64,000 nucleotides of DNA from an uncultured Pseudomonadales bacterium (GCA_964620965.1 CAZUHV010000003.1:226093-290092), one strand, 5' to 3'; numbered from the stretch's first letter, positions 42,431-50,760 are shown. The notes: generated from the letters alone by a model not told the origin. Program-made: numbers and translations.

Positions 42431-43372
42431 ATGCGAAATAAGGGTATGAAAAGACAGAGTCATAAAAAAATAAAACGAGAAGGTTCAATAAAACAACCTT
42501 CTGTTTTTGTACAATTTTTAAAGCGATTTTTCTACCTATTTTTATGTATAGTTTCATTGCCACTTGTGTGTTATTTTTTCGTTTTTCCTTCGATTATTGA
42601 GAGCGATATTTCAAACAAAAATATTGTAATCGTTTCAGATAAATTAGATGTACAAAGCAAATATATTTATTTTGCACATATTTCAGAAAATCAAGGAGAT
42701 AATGGTATTTTTTCTATTCCATCTCAGCAAGAAGTTATAGTTCCAAAAGGGTATGGAAGTTATGCATTACAGTCGGTATTTCAACTTTTAAAAATCGACA
42801 AAAAAGACGATCAATTCATTCGTGCAGCTTTTTCAGAATTGCTTGGAACATCTGTTGATGAAGTGATATCTATTACAGAGCAATTTACGGAAATGAATGA
42901 GTCAAAACTTTCTCAGTTATTTTTGCAAAATGCAGTACATAACCTTGTAGCTTTTAAATGGCATAAAGTGTATGAACCACTGTATTTGCATTACAAACTA
43001 AAGAACATAGACGTTGAAATGCTTGAATCTCCAGAATCATTAAAGAAATATTCAGAACAGATATTTACAATCAAGGGAGATGTCTATCAATACTGCTCGG
43101 TTGCTGTTGTCAATGCATCAGAGACGAATGGGCTTGCAAGAAAAAAAGCAGATGAAATTGAGAATACAGGGGCATTAGTTGTACGAGTCGATGATGCTCA
43201 AGAAAAACAAGAAAAGACGACAATTTATTACGGGCAAGAGCCTGTTAATTGCAGAGTACTTGCAGAAAAGATTTCTAATATTTTTTATGAAAAACCAGAA
43301 ATTTTTGACATCTCGAAACTAGAAAATACACAGCAATATCGAGCAAAAGTAGTAGTTATTGTTGGAGAGTAG
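42431..43372 (+). CDS. LytR/CpsA/Psr-like envelope protein with a C-terminal LytR_C-type domain
   Basis: N-terminal TM anchor. The C-terminal segment VAVVNASETNGLARKKADEIENTGALVVRVDD...TTIYYG matches the LytR_C pattern. Confidence 0.45.
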   Translation: MRNKGMKRQSHKKIKREGSIKQPSVFVQFLKRFFYLFLCIVSLPLVCYFFVFPSIIESDISNKNIVIVSDKLDVQSKYIYFAHISENQGDNGIFSIPSQQEVIVPKGYGSYALQSVFQLLKIDKKDDQFIRAAFSELLGTSVDEVISITEQFTEMNESKLSQLFLQNAVHNLVAFKWHKVYEPLYLHYKLKNIDVEMLESPESLKKYSEQIFTIKGDVYQYCSVAVVNASETNGLARKKADEIENTGALVVRVDDAQEKQEKTTIYYGQEPVNCRVLAEKISNIFYEKPEIFDISKLENTQQYRAKVVVIVGE

Positions 43373-43378
43373 AATTTT

Positions 43379-44119
43379 TTAGTCTAGTTCCATTTCGTCT
43401 GAATCGACGTGGTCTAGGGTTCGTTCTGTGTCGTTATCTGTTTCAACGATTTCAACAGGAATATTTTCTTCCAACACGACTGCTTCATCGAGTTCACTCA
43501 AAGGATTAAGTGCCATTTTATTTGGTGGGAATGAATGAGTTCCTGTATTTTCTTGAGATTTGAAAATTTCTTTAAGAAAAACTTCACAGTTTTTTTGGTT
43601 ACAAGAACGAATCAAACATTTATATCTGTTTCCAGATTTTATAAATTTTGTCAGTCTAAACGAAAGATCCTCTGGAAGAGCACCTACATAATTGCCATCA
43701 ACTTCTACAGAAAGAAAACGATTTTTCATTTTGAGTTCGCACTCTTTTCCAACAGTGATAGTATCCAGAACATTTTTACCTGCAAGTCTAAATAATGAAA
43801 CAGTTTTTGTTTTTCCTGGTTCTTCTATAAAATAGCCTTTGGCGAATGAAGGGGCATGACAAGCCTGGTTTTTTTGAAGTTTTTCGTAGTGTTTATTTGC
43901 AATTTTGTTATTTTTATCAAGCTCCAGAACTTGTTCAAAGGTTTTTTTTGCTTGTTTTACTTCGTTTAGTTGCACATATGCAATACCAAGTCTATTAAGC
44001 GCGTTTGTATTATCTGGATCTAGTTCTAAAAGTTGAGAATTGTGTTCGACAGCCTGTTCCCAGTTGCCGTCTTTTGCATCTTTGATTGCTAAAATTTTTA
44101 AATCAGCTTGTACACTCAT
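43379..44119 (-). CDS. TPR-repeat protein with an uncharacterised C-terminal domain and acidic tail
   Basis: Two or three TPR-like repeats at the N-terminus (WEQAVEHNSQLLELDPDNTNALNRLGIAYVQLNEVKQAKKTFEQVLELD). Confidence 0.5.
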   Translation of the reverse strand: MSVQADLKILAIKDAKDGNWEQAVEHNSQLLELDPDNTNALNRLGIAYVQLNEVKQAKKTFEQVLELDKNNKIANKHYEKLQKNQACHAPSFAKGYFIEEPGKTKTVSLFRLAGKNVLDTITVGKECELKMKNRFLSVEVDGNYVGALPEDLSFRLTKFIKSGNRYKCLIRSCNQKNCEVFLKEIFKSQENTGTHSFPPNKMALNPLSELDEAVVLEENIPVEIVETDNDTERTLDHVDSDEMELD

Positions 44120-44252
44120 GTGGTTGATACTCCTGACTATAATTATATATTCGTCGTCGAGAAAGAATACCTTTGAATAAGAGTTATGTCAACATTCAAA
44201 ACAGGGCTTTATGGTGTAGAATAGTACCTGCAGTCTGAAAGGATTTTACACT

Positions 44253-44822
44253 ATGGCAGGTCATAGCAAATGGAATAATATTAAGAATAGAAAAGGCGCA
44301 CAAGATACGAAACGTGCACAAGTTTTTGGTCAAATTTCAAAGTTGATTAGAATTGCAGTAAAAGAAGGTGCATCTGGAGACCCAAAGTTTAATCCAGGTC
44401 TTCGTGTTGTTTTAGATAAAGCTCGGGCAGCAAACATGCCTACAACAAACATTGATAAAGCTATTCAAAGAGGTTTAGGAAAATCAGCAACTGGAGCCTC
44501 AATTCAAGAAATTGTATATGAGGGTTTTGGACCAGGAGGTGTTGCAGTGTTGGCTGTTGCACATACAGATAACCCAAACAGAACTTCTGGAGAAATTAAG
44601 TTTGCATTTAGTAGAAACAACGGTTCTCTTGGGGGTCCTGGAAGTGCAATGTATATGTTTAAGCGTGATTCGCAAGGTGGTTATGTATGCACAATGCCTT
44701 TAGAAATTGACGAAGATACTGCTGGGTTGTTACTAGACCTAGTAGATGCAGTACGTGAGCTTGATGATGTTGAAGATGTGTATGTTGCTACCGATCTTGA
44801 AGAAGATGAGGGTGAAGAATAA
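44253..44822 (+). CDS. YebC/PmpR-family probable transcriptional regulator (short variant)
   Basis: MAGHSKWNNIKNRKGAQDTKRAQVF N-terminus is diagnostic. At 189 aa it is shorter than the canonical form of about 240 aa. Confidence 0.75.
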   Translation: MAGHSKWNNIKNRKGAQDTKRAQVFGQISKLIRIAVKEGASGDPKFNPGLRVVLDKARAANMPTTNIDKAIQRGLGKSATGASIQEIVYEGFGPGGVAVLAVAHTDNPNRTSGEIKFAFSRNNGSLGGPGSAMYMFKRDSQGGYVCTMPLEIDEDTAGLLLDLVDAVRELDDVEDVYVATDLEEDEGEE

Positions 44823-44841
44823 TTAAATCAAACTAAAAAAT

Positions 44842-45609
44842 ATGAGGCGTAGAGAAAAATTTGTTGTTGCATCAATTATTTCAACACTTGGTTTACTTGG
44901 TGTGCAGTATGTTACTCTAGATATTAGATATATCGCAATCGCGATTTTTGTTGTGTTTACTTATCTTATTTCTACTTGGGCGCTTGCTGATGACTTGCAG
45001 CTACACGAGAGGGTGACTATAATTCCATTTCCGTCTTTATTTGCCGCAGCTGTATCTTTGTTTTATTTCTTATTACCTGAAAGCTTTTTTTCACAATTAG
45101 TGATAGTTTTGTTATTTGGTGTTGGCATGTATGCGATTTATTTAACGGCAAACATTTTTTCTGTAGCAAAAGGTAGAACAATTCAGCTAGTACATGCGGC
45201 TAACGCCATAGCAGGTATTTTTGGTGTTTTTATTTCTTTGCTACTGTCTAATACAATTTTTTCCTTAAAATTACCGTTTTATTTTAATATGTTGCTTGTT
45301 GGTTTGGTTCATTTTCCTCTGGTATTTATGTTGCTTTGGTCGGTGAATTTAGAAAACAGAGTTGAACGTGACATCATAGGTTTTTCGCTTGTTTTAACCT
45401 TAGTCTTGATGGAGCTTGCACTTATTTTGTCATTTTTTCCTTTGGGAGTCTGGTTTTATGCCTTGTTTATTATGTCATTTTTCTATATCGGGATTGGTTT
45501 AATGCAGAGCTTTATCAGAGGCAGACTCTTTGTTCGTACTCTGGTGGAGTACTCTTTAGTAGCCATTTTTATTGGCTTGATGTTTTTGGGCGCAGTTCCA
45601 TTTAAGTAG
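44842..45609 (+). CDS. Integral membrane protein, hypothetical
   Basis: 255 aa with about 8 hydrophobic helices and no motif. Confidence 0.45.
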   Translation: MRRREKFVVASIISTLGLLGVQYVTLDIRYIAIAIFVVFTYLISTWALADDLQLHERVTIIPFPSLFAAAVSLFYFLLPESFFSQLVIVLLFGVGMYAIYLTANIFSVAKGRTIQLVHAANAIAGIFGVFISLLLSNTIFSLKLPFYFNMLLVGLVHFPLVFMLLWSVNLENRVERDIIGFSLVLTLVLMELALILSFFPLGVWFYALFIMSFFYIGIGLMQSFIRGRLFVRTLVEYSLVAIFIGLMFLGAVPFK

Positions 45610-45934
45610 GGTTTTCTTTATTTTCTAATATAGCTTCTTCTGTAGGCTAAAACTTATTGTTTTTGAAAGTTTTTATCAGGAGAAGAGAATAGTAAGCCTG
45701 GTAGGGCCTAATAACATCCTATAATATGTGAGGAGTAGACAGGGGTAGTTTAGCCTGTTTGCTCCTGGAAAAGCATAGTGGAATTAAAAGTTGTAAATCT
45801 TGAGGATCTTCAGTATGGTCTTGAAATATTTTATATTTAAATAAAATTTACACGATAAAACAAGAATTTTTAAAGAAAAACTAGAGAAGAGGGGTCAAAA
45901 ATTTTTTATATGTACCAGGCGGAGAAGGGAGAAG

Positions 45935-45974
45935 TGATATAGTTTGATACAGTATAAATGATATAGTTTGATAT
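45935..45974 (+). repeat. Iteron-like direct repeat: TGATATAGTTTGATA(C/T) twice, with 24-bp spacing
   Basis: 16-nt copies at 45935-45950 and 45959-45974 inside the non-coding part of the accessory segment. A perfect DnaA box (TGTGGATAA = TTATCCACA on the complement) lies 22 bp downstream at 45996-46004. Confidence 0.5.
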
Positions 45975-46939
45975 AGAGTAGAGGCCTATAATAAATGTGG
46001 ATAACTTTAAACTTATAGGACTTATTTATTAAACATTTAGCCTGGTATAAAGGGCGAGAAATGTATTTTTTGTTTTAAGCTTTCAGGAATATGCAAGAAT
46101 AATTTTGAGCCTCAAGCCTGGTGGTGGAGAGTGTTCTGTTTCAGACATATATGCCTGGAATTTTTTATTTCTAGGTGTGTCGTGAAAAGAGTGTGAAAAA
46201 GAATAAAACCCGAATGTGTTTTTCGGCATATTGAGTAAAAAAAGTCATTTTTGCGAGAGACCCAAGAGAGGTAATTTTGCCAGAGTACACAGAGAGCTAA
46301 AAGGGACGAGCACTACTGTTCTTAGTACAGTGATGTACCATGTATTTCAAAAATGCAATGAGCCACAACCGTCTCATTCTCTCTTTGTGAGTGGGGTATG
46401 ATTTTTCGATTTGCATTATGTCGCACAATATTACTTTTACGACGTAAACTAAAATTTTAAGATTGGAGTAGTTTTAGCAGTTCTTTTATTATTTCTCTAT
46501 ATATCCGGGCAATTTTTAGTATTTATTTATTTTTATTCTTTTTTTATCTTTTTAATTCTCTGTTTGCTTGTCTCTCATATAATTTATTTTTTTGCGATTT
46601 TCACTATTATCGTTTTCTTAAATTTTGGAAACTTTATGATTTTTTCTTGTGAGTTTGTCAATCTATTTATTAACTATGTTTTGATTGCATTTGAGGCTAT
46701 TTGAGCCTCTTAAAACCGGTTTTTTAATGAATACTAAGCCGTTTGTACAATAAAAAGCCGTTTTTGAGCCTCTGACATGTTTTAGCCTGGTAGACTTGTT
46801 AATTTTGGTGATTTTGGCGTTAAAATGAGTATTTTTAAACGGTTTTAGTAAAATTTCTTTCAATGTGTAGTAAAAAATGCTTTCTAACTATTTTTTTGTG
46901 GTACAATCCTTTAAAACTTTTAAAAAAGGAGTTTTTGAT

Positions 46940-47389
46940 ATGCAACTGACACATAGTTTAGAAACTGGCGAAAAAAGAAATTTTAACGAGGTGCGAACTT
47001 GTGAACGAAGAAATCTTTTGGCAAGAAGGCTTGATAAGCAATCAGGAAGATTCAAGCGTATGTGGGCTTTGCATAAGGAGCATTTAAGGCTTAGAAATAT
47101 AAATGAAGCTCAGGAACAAAAGGAATTAGTTTTCGATTCTTTATATGAATTTTTAATTCAGGTTTATGACGCTGGTTTATTGATTTATCCAGAAGTAAAT
47201 ATGGAGTTTGCGGACAACTTTACTGAAGATCTCTTCGCCTGGTTTGCACTCACTTTAGGTTTAATTGAGCAGGATGAAATTGCAGAGATGGCTGGGTATA
47301 TTACTCGAAAAATTGAGGAAACTATTCCAGGCAATCTTGTTGTTGCGGATTTAGGGTTATCTTCTACAACCATTGTAAATTTGAATTAA
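46940..47389 (+). CDS. Hypothetical protein (150 aa) with a basic N-terminus and acidic C-terminal half, island-encoded
   Basis: AGGAG SD 8 nt upstream of the ATG at 46940. No recognisable domain. Confidence 0.5.
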   Translation: MQLTHSLETGEKRNFNEVRTCERRNLLARRLDKQSGRFKRMWALHKEHLRLRNINEAQEQKELVFDSLYEFLIQVYDAGLLIYPEVNMEFADNFTEDLFAWFALTLGLIEQDEIAEMAGYITRKIEETIPGNLVVADLGLSSTTIVNLN

Positions 47390-47601
47390 CTTTTAACTAG
47401 ACTTTTTTGTGTCGCAAAATAATTTTACATTTTCCTCCAAAAAGCTTTAAAGGTTGTTTTTTTCTGTAATTAATTGGAGCCTTGATTTTAGGACTCTTAC
47501 TTAAGGACTCCCCTCTTATACTGCTGGGGGAGAGATCAAGTAAAATTTAGAATTCATTATATTTATGAAAAATCTATCTGAAAGAGTAAGGTCTTCTATA
47601 G

Positions 47602-47934
47602 TTATAGCTCCTGAAGTTTCGAAAGATATTTTTCAACAAGTTCCTCAAAGATCGCTTTGAAAGTTTTTTGGAAGGAACTCCCCTCCTTTGATAAAAGTGA
47701 GTTTATTTTAGTATTGAATGTTTCAAGATCTGTTTCTGACTCGATATTCTGAATTTCTGCAGGAATATCCTCAGATTTGAATTGTTCTTCCATGTTTTCC
47801 GGCTTGGTAATTTCTAAAGCTTGCATTAAGGCGGATGAAATGAGCATAGATAATCCTAGTTGGATGTCTTTTTGGTCAATACCTTTTTCTGTTGCTATTT
47901 CTTGTATACTAGTGAGGTTTTGTTGAATGTTCAT
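47602..47934 (-). CDS. Small acidic helical hypothetical protein (110 aa), second gene of a two-gene minus-strand cassette
   Basis: Follows the upstream gene after a 7-nt gap, which fits an operon. Highly acidic and predicted alpha-helical. Confidence 0.5.
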   Translation of the reverse strand: MNIQQNLTSIQEIATEKGIDQKDIQLGLSMLISSALMQALEITKPENMEEQFKSEDIPAEIQNIESETDLETFNTKINSLLSKEGSSFQKTFKAIFEELVEKYLSKLQEL

Positions 47935-47941
47935 AGGTTTT

Positions 47942-48394
47942 TTAATTAATATTTGTTACCTGATTTATTAGATGTGGAATAAAGCTGGCTCCCATTGAAT
48001 GACCCATCATAACGATTTGATAGGTTGCATACCATAATGCTGCTCTAGCTACGTACCTTGTTTTATCATGGTTCTTAAAGAATATTCCAGGAAGTACCCA
48101 TCCTGCTGCCGCGCCAAAAATTCCAATGAGTCCTGGTAGTCCCCAAATTTCTATATTGTGCAGTAGCTCTCTTAATTTTTCACCAAGAGTTCCAATGTCT
48201 ACTCCAGGAATTGGTTCACCAAGCTTATTAATTTGGTTAAACATTCCTGCTAAAAACATTGCACTGAGTTGCTTTGAATGATGTTCTGGTAAGACATCTA
48301 GAGCTGCTTGAACAGCCGCAGGAATGTTTGCTTCAACCTCTAAGTTATCAGTTGTTTCATTTAAATTTGTTAGGTCTGTAAATTCTCTATTCAT
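47942..48394 (-). CDS. Hypothetical protein (150 aa) with a glycine-zipper-like membrane segment (GLPGLIGIFGAAAGWVLPGIFF)
   Basis: Soluble N-terminal region, then a GxxxG-rich hydrophobic helix, then a Trp/Tyr/His/Met-rich C-terminus. First gene of the cassette. Confidence 0.5.
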   Translation of the reverse strand: MNREFTDLTNLNETTDNLEVEANIPAAVQAALDVLPEHHSKQLSAMFLAGMFNQINKLGEPIPGVDIGTLGEKLRELLHNIEIWGLPGLIGIFGAAAGWVLPGIFFKNHDKTRYVARAALWYATYQIVMMGHSMGASFIPHLINQVTNIN

Positions 48395-48775
48395 GTTTTC
48401 AGTGTATCACATTTTTACAAATTTTATTTTATGTCGCAAAAAAATAATGTATTTGCTATACTGCTTCTTAGTAATTGATTTTTTGTTCCTTAAAAATACT
48501 TTGAAGTAGAAGCAGAGTTTGAAACTATAGTTGCATAGCGCTCTACTCTATTCTTATAAAAAATAAAGTTGCTTAAAGATTTTGTAAAGTCCTTTTTTTA
48601 AAATAAATATATACTAAGTATATCAAAGTATATCTAAATATATATAATAAAAAGCATTGATTTAGCAACATTTATTGTTTTAAACACAAATTAGCAGTAT
48701 TTACTATTGTCTGCTAAAAACTCATAGTATTTTGTCATATAAAAAATCATATAGTCGAGGTGAAATATATACTTT

Positions 48776-49711
48776 ATGGCACTTTCAACAAATCCTCACA
48801 AGGCTTTATTGACTTTTGTAGAACATTTAGAAGTTGAGCGTAATGTAAGCCGTTTAACAATTCGAAATTACTCTCATTATTTGAGACGTTTTAACGATTG
48901 GTTTTTAAATGAAGGTCACAAAGATTTAAAAGAATTGGACCAAGATATTGTAAGAAGTTATCGTGTATATTTGTCACGATTTGTTGATGATGTTGGAAGA
49001 ACTTTGTCAAAAAAAACTCAAAGTTATTACATCATTGCGCTTCGTTCTTTGCTCAAATTTATGGTAAAAAATGATGCTCCAGTTTTGCATCCAGAAAAAA
49101 TTGATTTGCCAAAAGCAGAATCTCAACACATGAAATTTTTGAATTTGGAACGTATTGAAAGACTCCTCAATCAGCCGCTACTTTCACAAAAAGGTGGGCT
49201 TCGTGATAAAGCAATTTTGGAAGTTTTATTTTCGACAGGCTTGCGTGTCAGTGAATTAGTTGGATTGAATCGTGATCAAATCGATATTGAAAAACGCGAG
49301 TTTGGAGTGATTGGTAAAGGTCGTAGACCACGTGTAGTTTTTCTGAGTGAACGTGCTGCATATTGGTTAGATAAGTATATGAACTCTCGTTCTGATAATT
49401 GGGACCCTGTGTTTATTAGATATTCTGGAACCAAGCCGGAGCTTTTGGCCGATGGTGAAGAGATGCGTTTAACTACTAGAAGTGTGCAACGCTTGGTAGA
49501 CAAGTATTGTAGAAAAGCAAAATTGCCAATCAAGATTAGCCCTCATGGTATTAGACATAGTTTTGCCACTGATTTATTGAGTAATGGAGCTTCGCTAAGA
49601 GATGTTCAAGAGATGTTGGGACACAAAAATATTGCTACAACGCAGATTTACACCCATGTCACCAGGCCAGAATTAAGAAAATCTCACGAAAAACACCATT
49701 CTGGGTTATAG
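48776..49711 (+). CDS. Tyrosine site-specific recombinase (XerC/XerD / phage-integrase family)
   Basis: N-terminal core-binding (SAM-like) domain and a C-terminal catalytic domain with R...HxxR...Y (GLRVSEL; HGIRHSFATDLL; TTQIYTHV). GAGGTGA SD upstream. Confidence 0.85.
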   Translation: MALSTNPHKALLTFVEHLEVERNVSRLTIRNYSHYLRRFNDWFLNEGHKDLKELDQDIVRSYRVYLSRFVDDVGRTLSKKTQSYYIIALRSLLKFMVKNDAPVLHPEKIDLPKAESQHMKFLNLERIERLLNQPLLSQKGGLRDKAILEVLFSTGLRVSELVGLNRDQIDIEKREFGVIGKGRRPRVVFLSERAAYWLDKYMNSRSDNWDPVFIRYSGTKPELLADGEEMRLTTRSVQRLVDKYCRKAKLPIKISPHGIRHSFATDLLSNGASLRDVQEMLGHKNIATTQIYTHVTRPELRKSHEKHHSGL

Positions 49712-50036
49712 ATTTGTTAAGATTTGAGACAGTTTATTTGTTTTGTTGATTTTTTATGAGTGTGTTTTTTGGAAGATTCGCTTTTTTTAATTAATTCCAG
49801 AAAATAGTTCTTCTTCTTTTAGATCTTTATCTATATCAAAAAGTAAATTAAGATATAAAAATATATAGGATTTTAACCTAAATTAGCACTTTTAGCCTGG
49901 ATTTCTCCCCTTCTCTGCTGTGCTTTGGGTTAAATTGTTAGTGATATACTTTAAATTATTATTTGCTATTTTGATATATAGTTATGGGATTTTAAGATGA
50001 GAGCTTTGCAAGAATAAAATGGTTAAAAGGGTTTTT

Positions 50037-50059
50037 CCCCCGCACATTTAGTGCGGGGG
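50037..50059. other. Perfect 9-bp GC-rich inverted repeat (CCCCCGCAC-attta-GTGCGGGGG), a terminator or protein-binding hairpin
   Basis: Lies between the recombinase gene and the small peptide gene. Weak T-run (gttttct) on the plus side. Confidence 0.5.
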
Positions 50060-50076
50060 AAGTTTTCTAAAAAAGA

Positions 50077-50196
50077 TTAGTTACCAGCTTGTGCGAGGAC
50101 TTGTGCTACAGCTATACCAAGAGGTATAACCACAACAACAACTACGACCAGGCAAACAAACATGGCAACTGCAGCTTTGGCTATAAAAGTACCCAT
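50077..50196 (-). CDS. 39-aa ultra-hydrophobic single-TM peptide (MGTFIAKAAVAMFVCLVVVVVVVIPLGIAVAQVLAQAGN), a candidate small membrane toxin or small membrane protein
   Basis: Strong AAGGTGA SD 5 nt upstream of the ATG. Not in the ORF track because it is below the 60-aa threshold. Followed on the minus strand by the GC hairpin. Confidence 0.45.
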   Translation of the reverse strand: MGTFIAKAAVAMFVCLVVVVVVVIPLGIAVAQVLAQAGN

Positions 50197-50484
50197 TGCA
50201 ATCACCTTTTTTTTGAATTTCTCCAAGAATTACGCTTTCGCCACTCGGAGTGAAGTTATCTCTATTTGATATTCGGATCGCGTAGACCCGACATCCTCAT
50301 AGAGATGCTCAAAAAACCAGACTTTAGTTTCTTAAGGATCTCTATGCAAGAAGCTCTGTTAATGTGCAATTAAAACTACTTTATCAGTAATTATGAGACA
50401 TATCAATAGTTTTTTGCTTAAATGTGGGTCTCTCCTCGTTGTGTTTTTGAGGCAACTTGGGTAACATATGCAGTATACAGAAAT

Positions 50485-50558
50485 GGGCCTGTAGCGCAGC
50501 TGGTTAGCGCGTTTGTATGGCATACAAAAGGTCAGGGGTTCGAATCCCCTCAGGTCCA
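50485..50558 (+). tRNA. tRNA-Ala (anticodon GGC)
   Basis: Hand-folded cloverleaf: acceptor GGGCCTG/CAGGTCC with the G3:U70 pair characteristic of tRNA-Ala, D-arm GCGC-AGCTGGTTA-GCGC, anticodon stem TTTGT/ACAAA with loop ATGGCAT (GGC), T-arm AGGGG-TTCGAAT-CCCCT and discriminator A. Confidence 0.85.
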
Positions 50559-50705
50559 CAAAAATTTTTTGATATAAAATACTTGAATTTCTTCAAAAGT
50601 CTTTTGATTACTCTTGCGTTTTCTTTGAGGTTTACTCTTTGATAAGAGTGGCTTATGTGGACTTGTTTGTTATTTATTGCAAAAAAAGGTATTTAAATGG
50701 CAAAA

Positions 50706-50731
50706 GGCCGGGTAAACCCGGCCTTTTTTTT
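50706..50731 (+). terminator. Rho-independent terminator (GGCCGGG-taaa-CCCGGCC + T8), partly bidirectional
   Basis: Perfect 7-bp GC stem followed by tttttttt on the plus strand. Four A's precede it, giving a weaker minus-strand function for the downstream small membrane protein gene. Confidence 0.7.
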
Positions 50732-50760
50732 GGCGTTTTTATACGCCCCCCCTCTGGTTT

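Noticed and set aside
45996-46004. Perfect DnaA box as evidence for the chromosomal origin oriC
   Set aside because: A single 9-mer is expected about 0.5 times per 64 kb by chance. No cluster of boxes and no dnaA/dnaN nearby. The region upstream of gyrB (57162-57527) also lacks recognisable boxes. Kept only as part of the island origin-like hypothesis.
46216-46401. 61-aa plus-strand ORF in the island non-coding stretch, and the 66-aa minus-strand ORF at 46663-46863
   Set aside because: No SD. The sequence spans the repeat-motif region. I treat the area as non-coding or regulatory rather than protein-coding, though a small protein cannot be excluded.
50359-50559. 66-aa minus-strand ORF
   Set aside because: Overlaps the tRNA-Ala gene antisense (its peptide sequence is the reverse translation of the tRNA). 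Not a real CDS.
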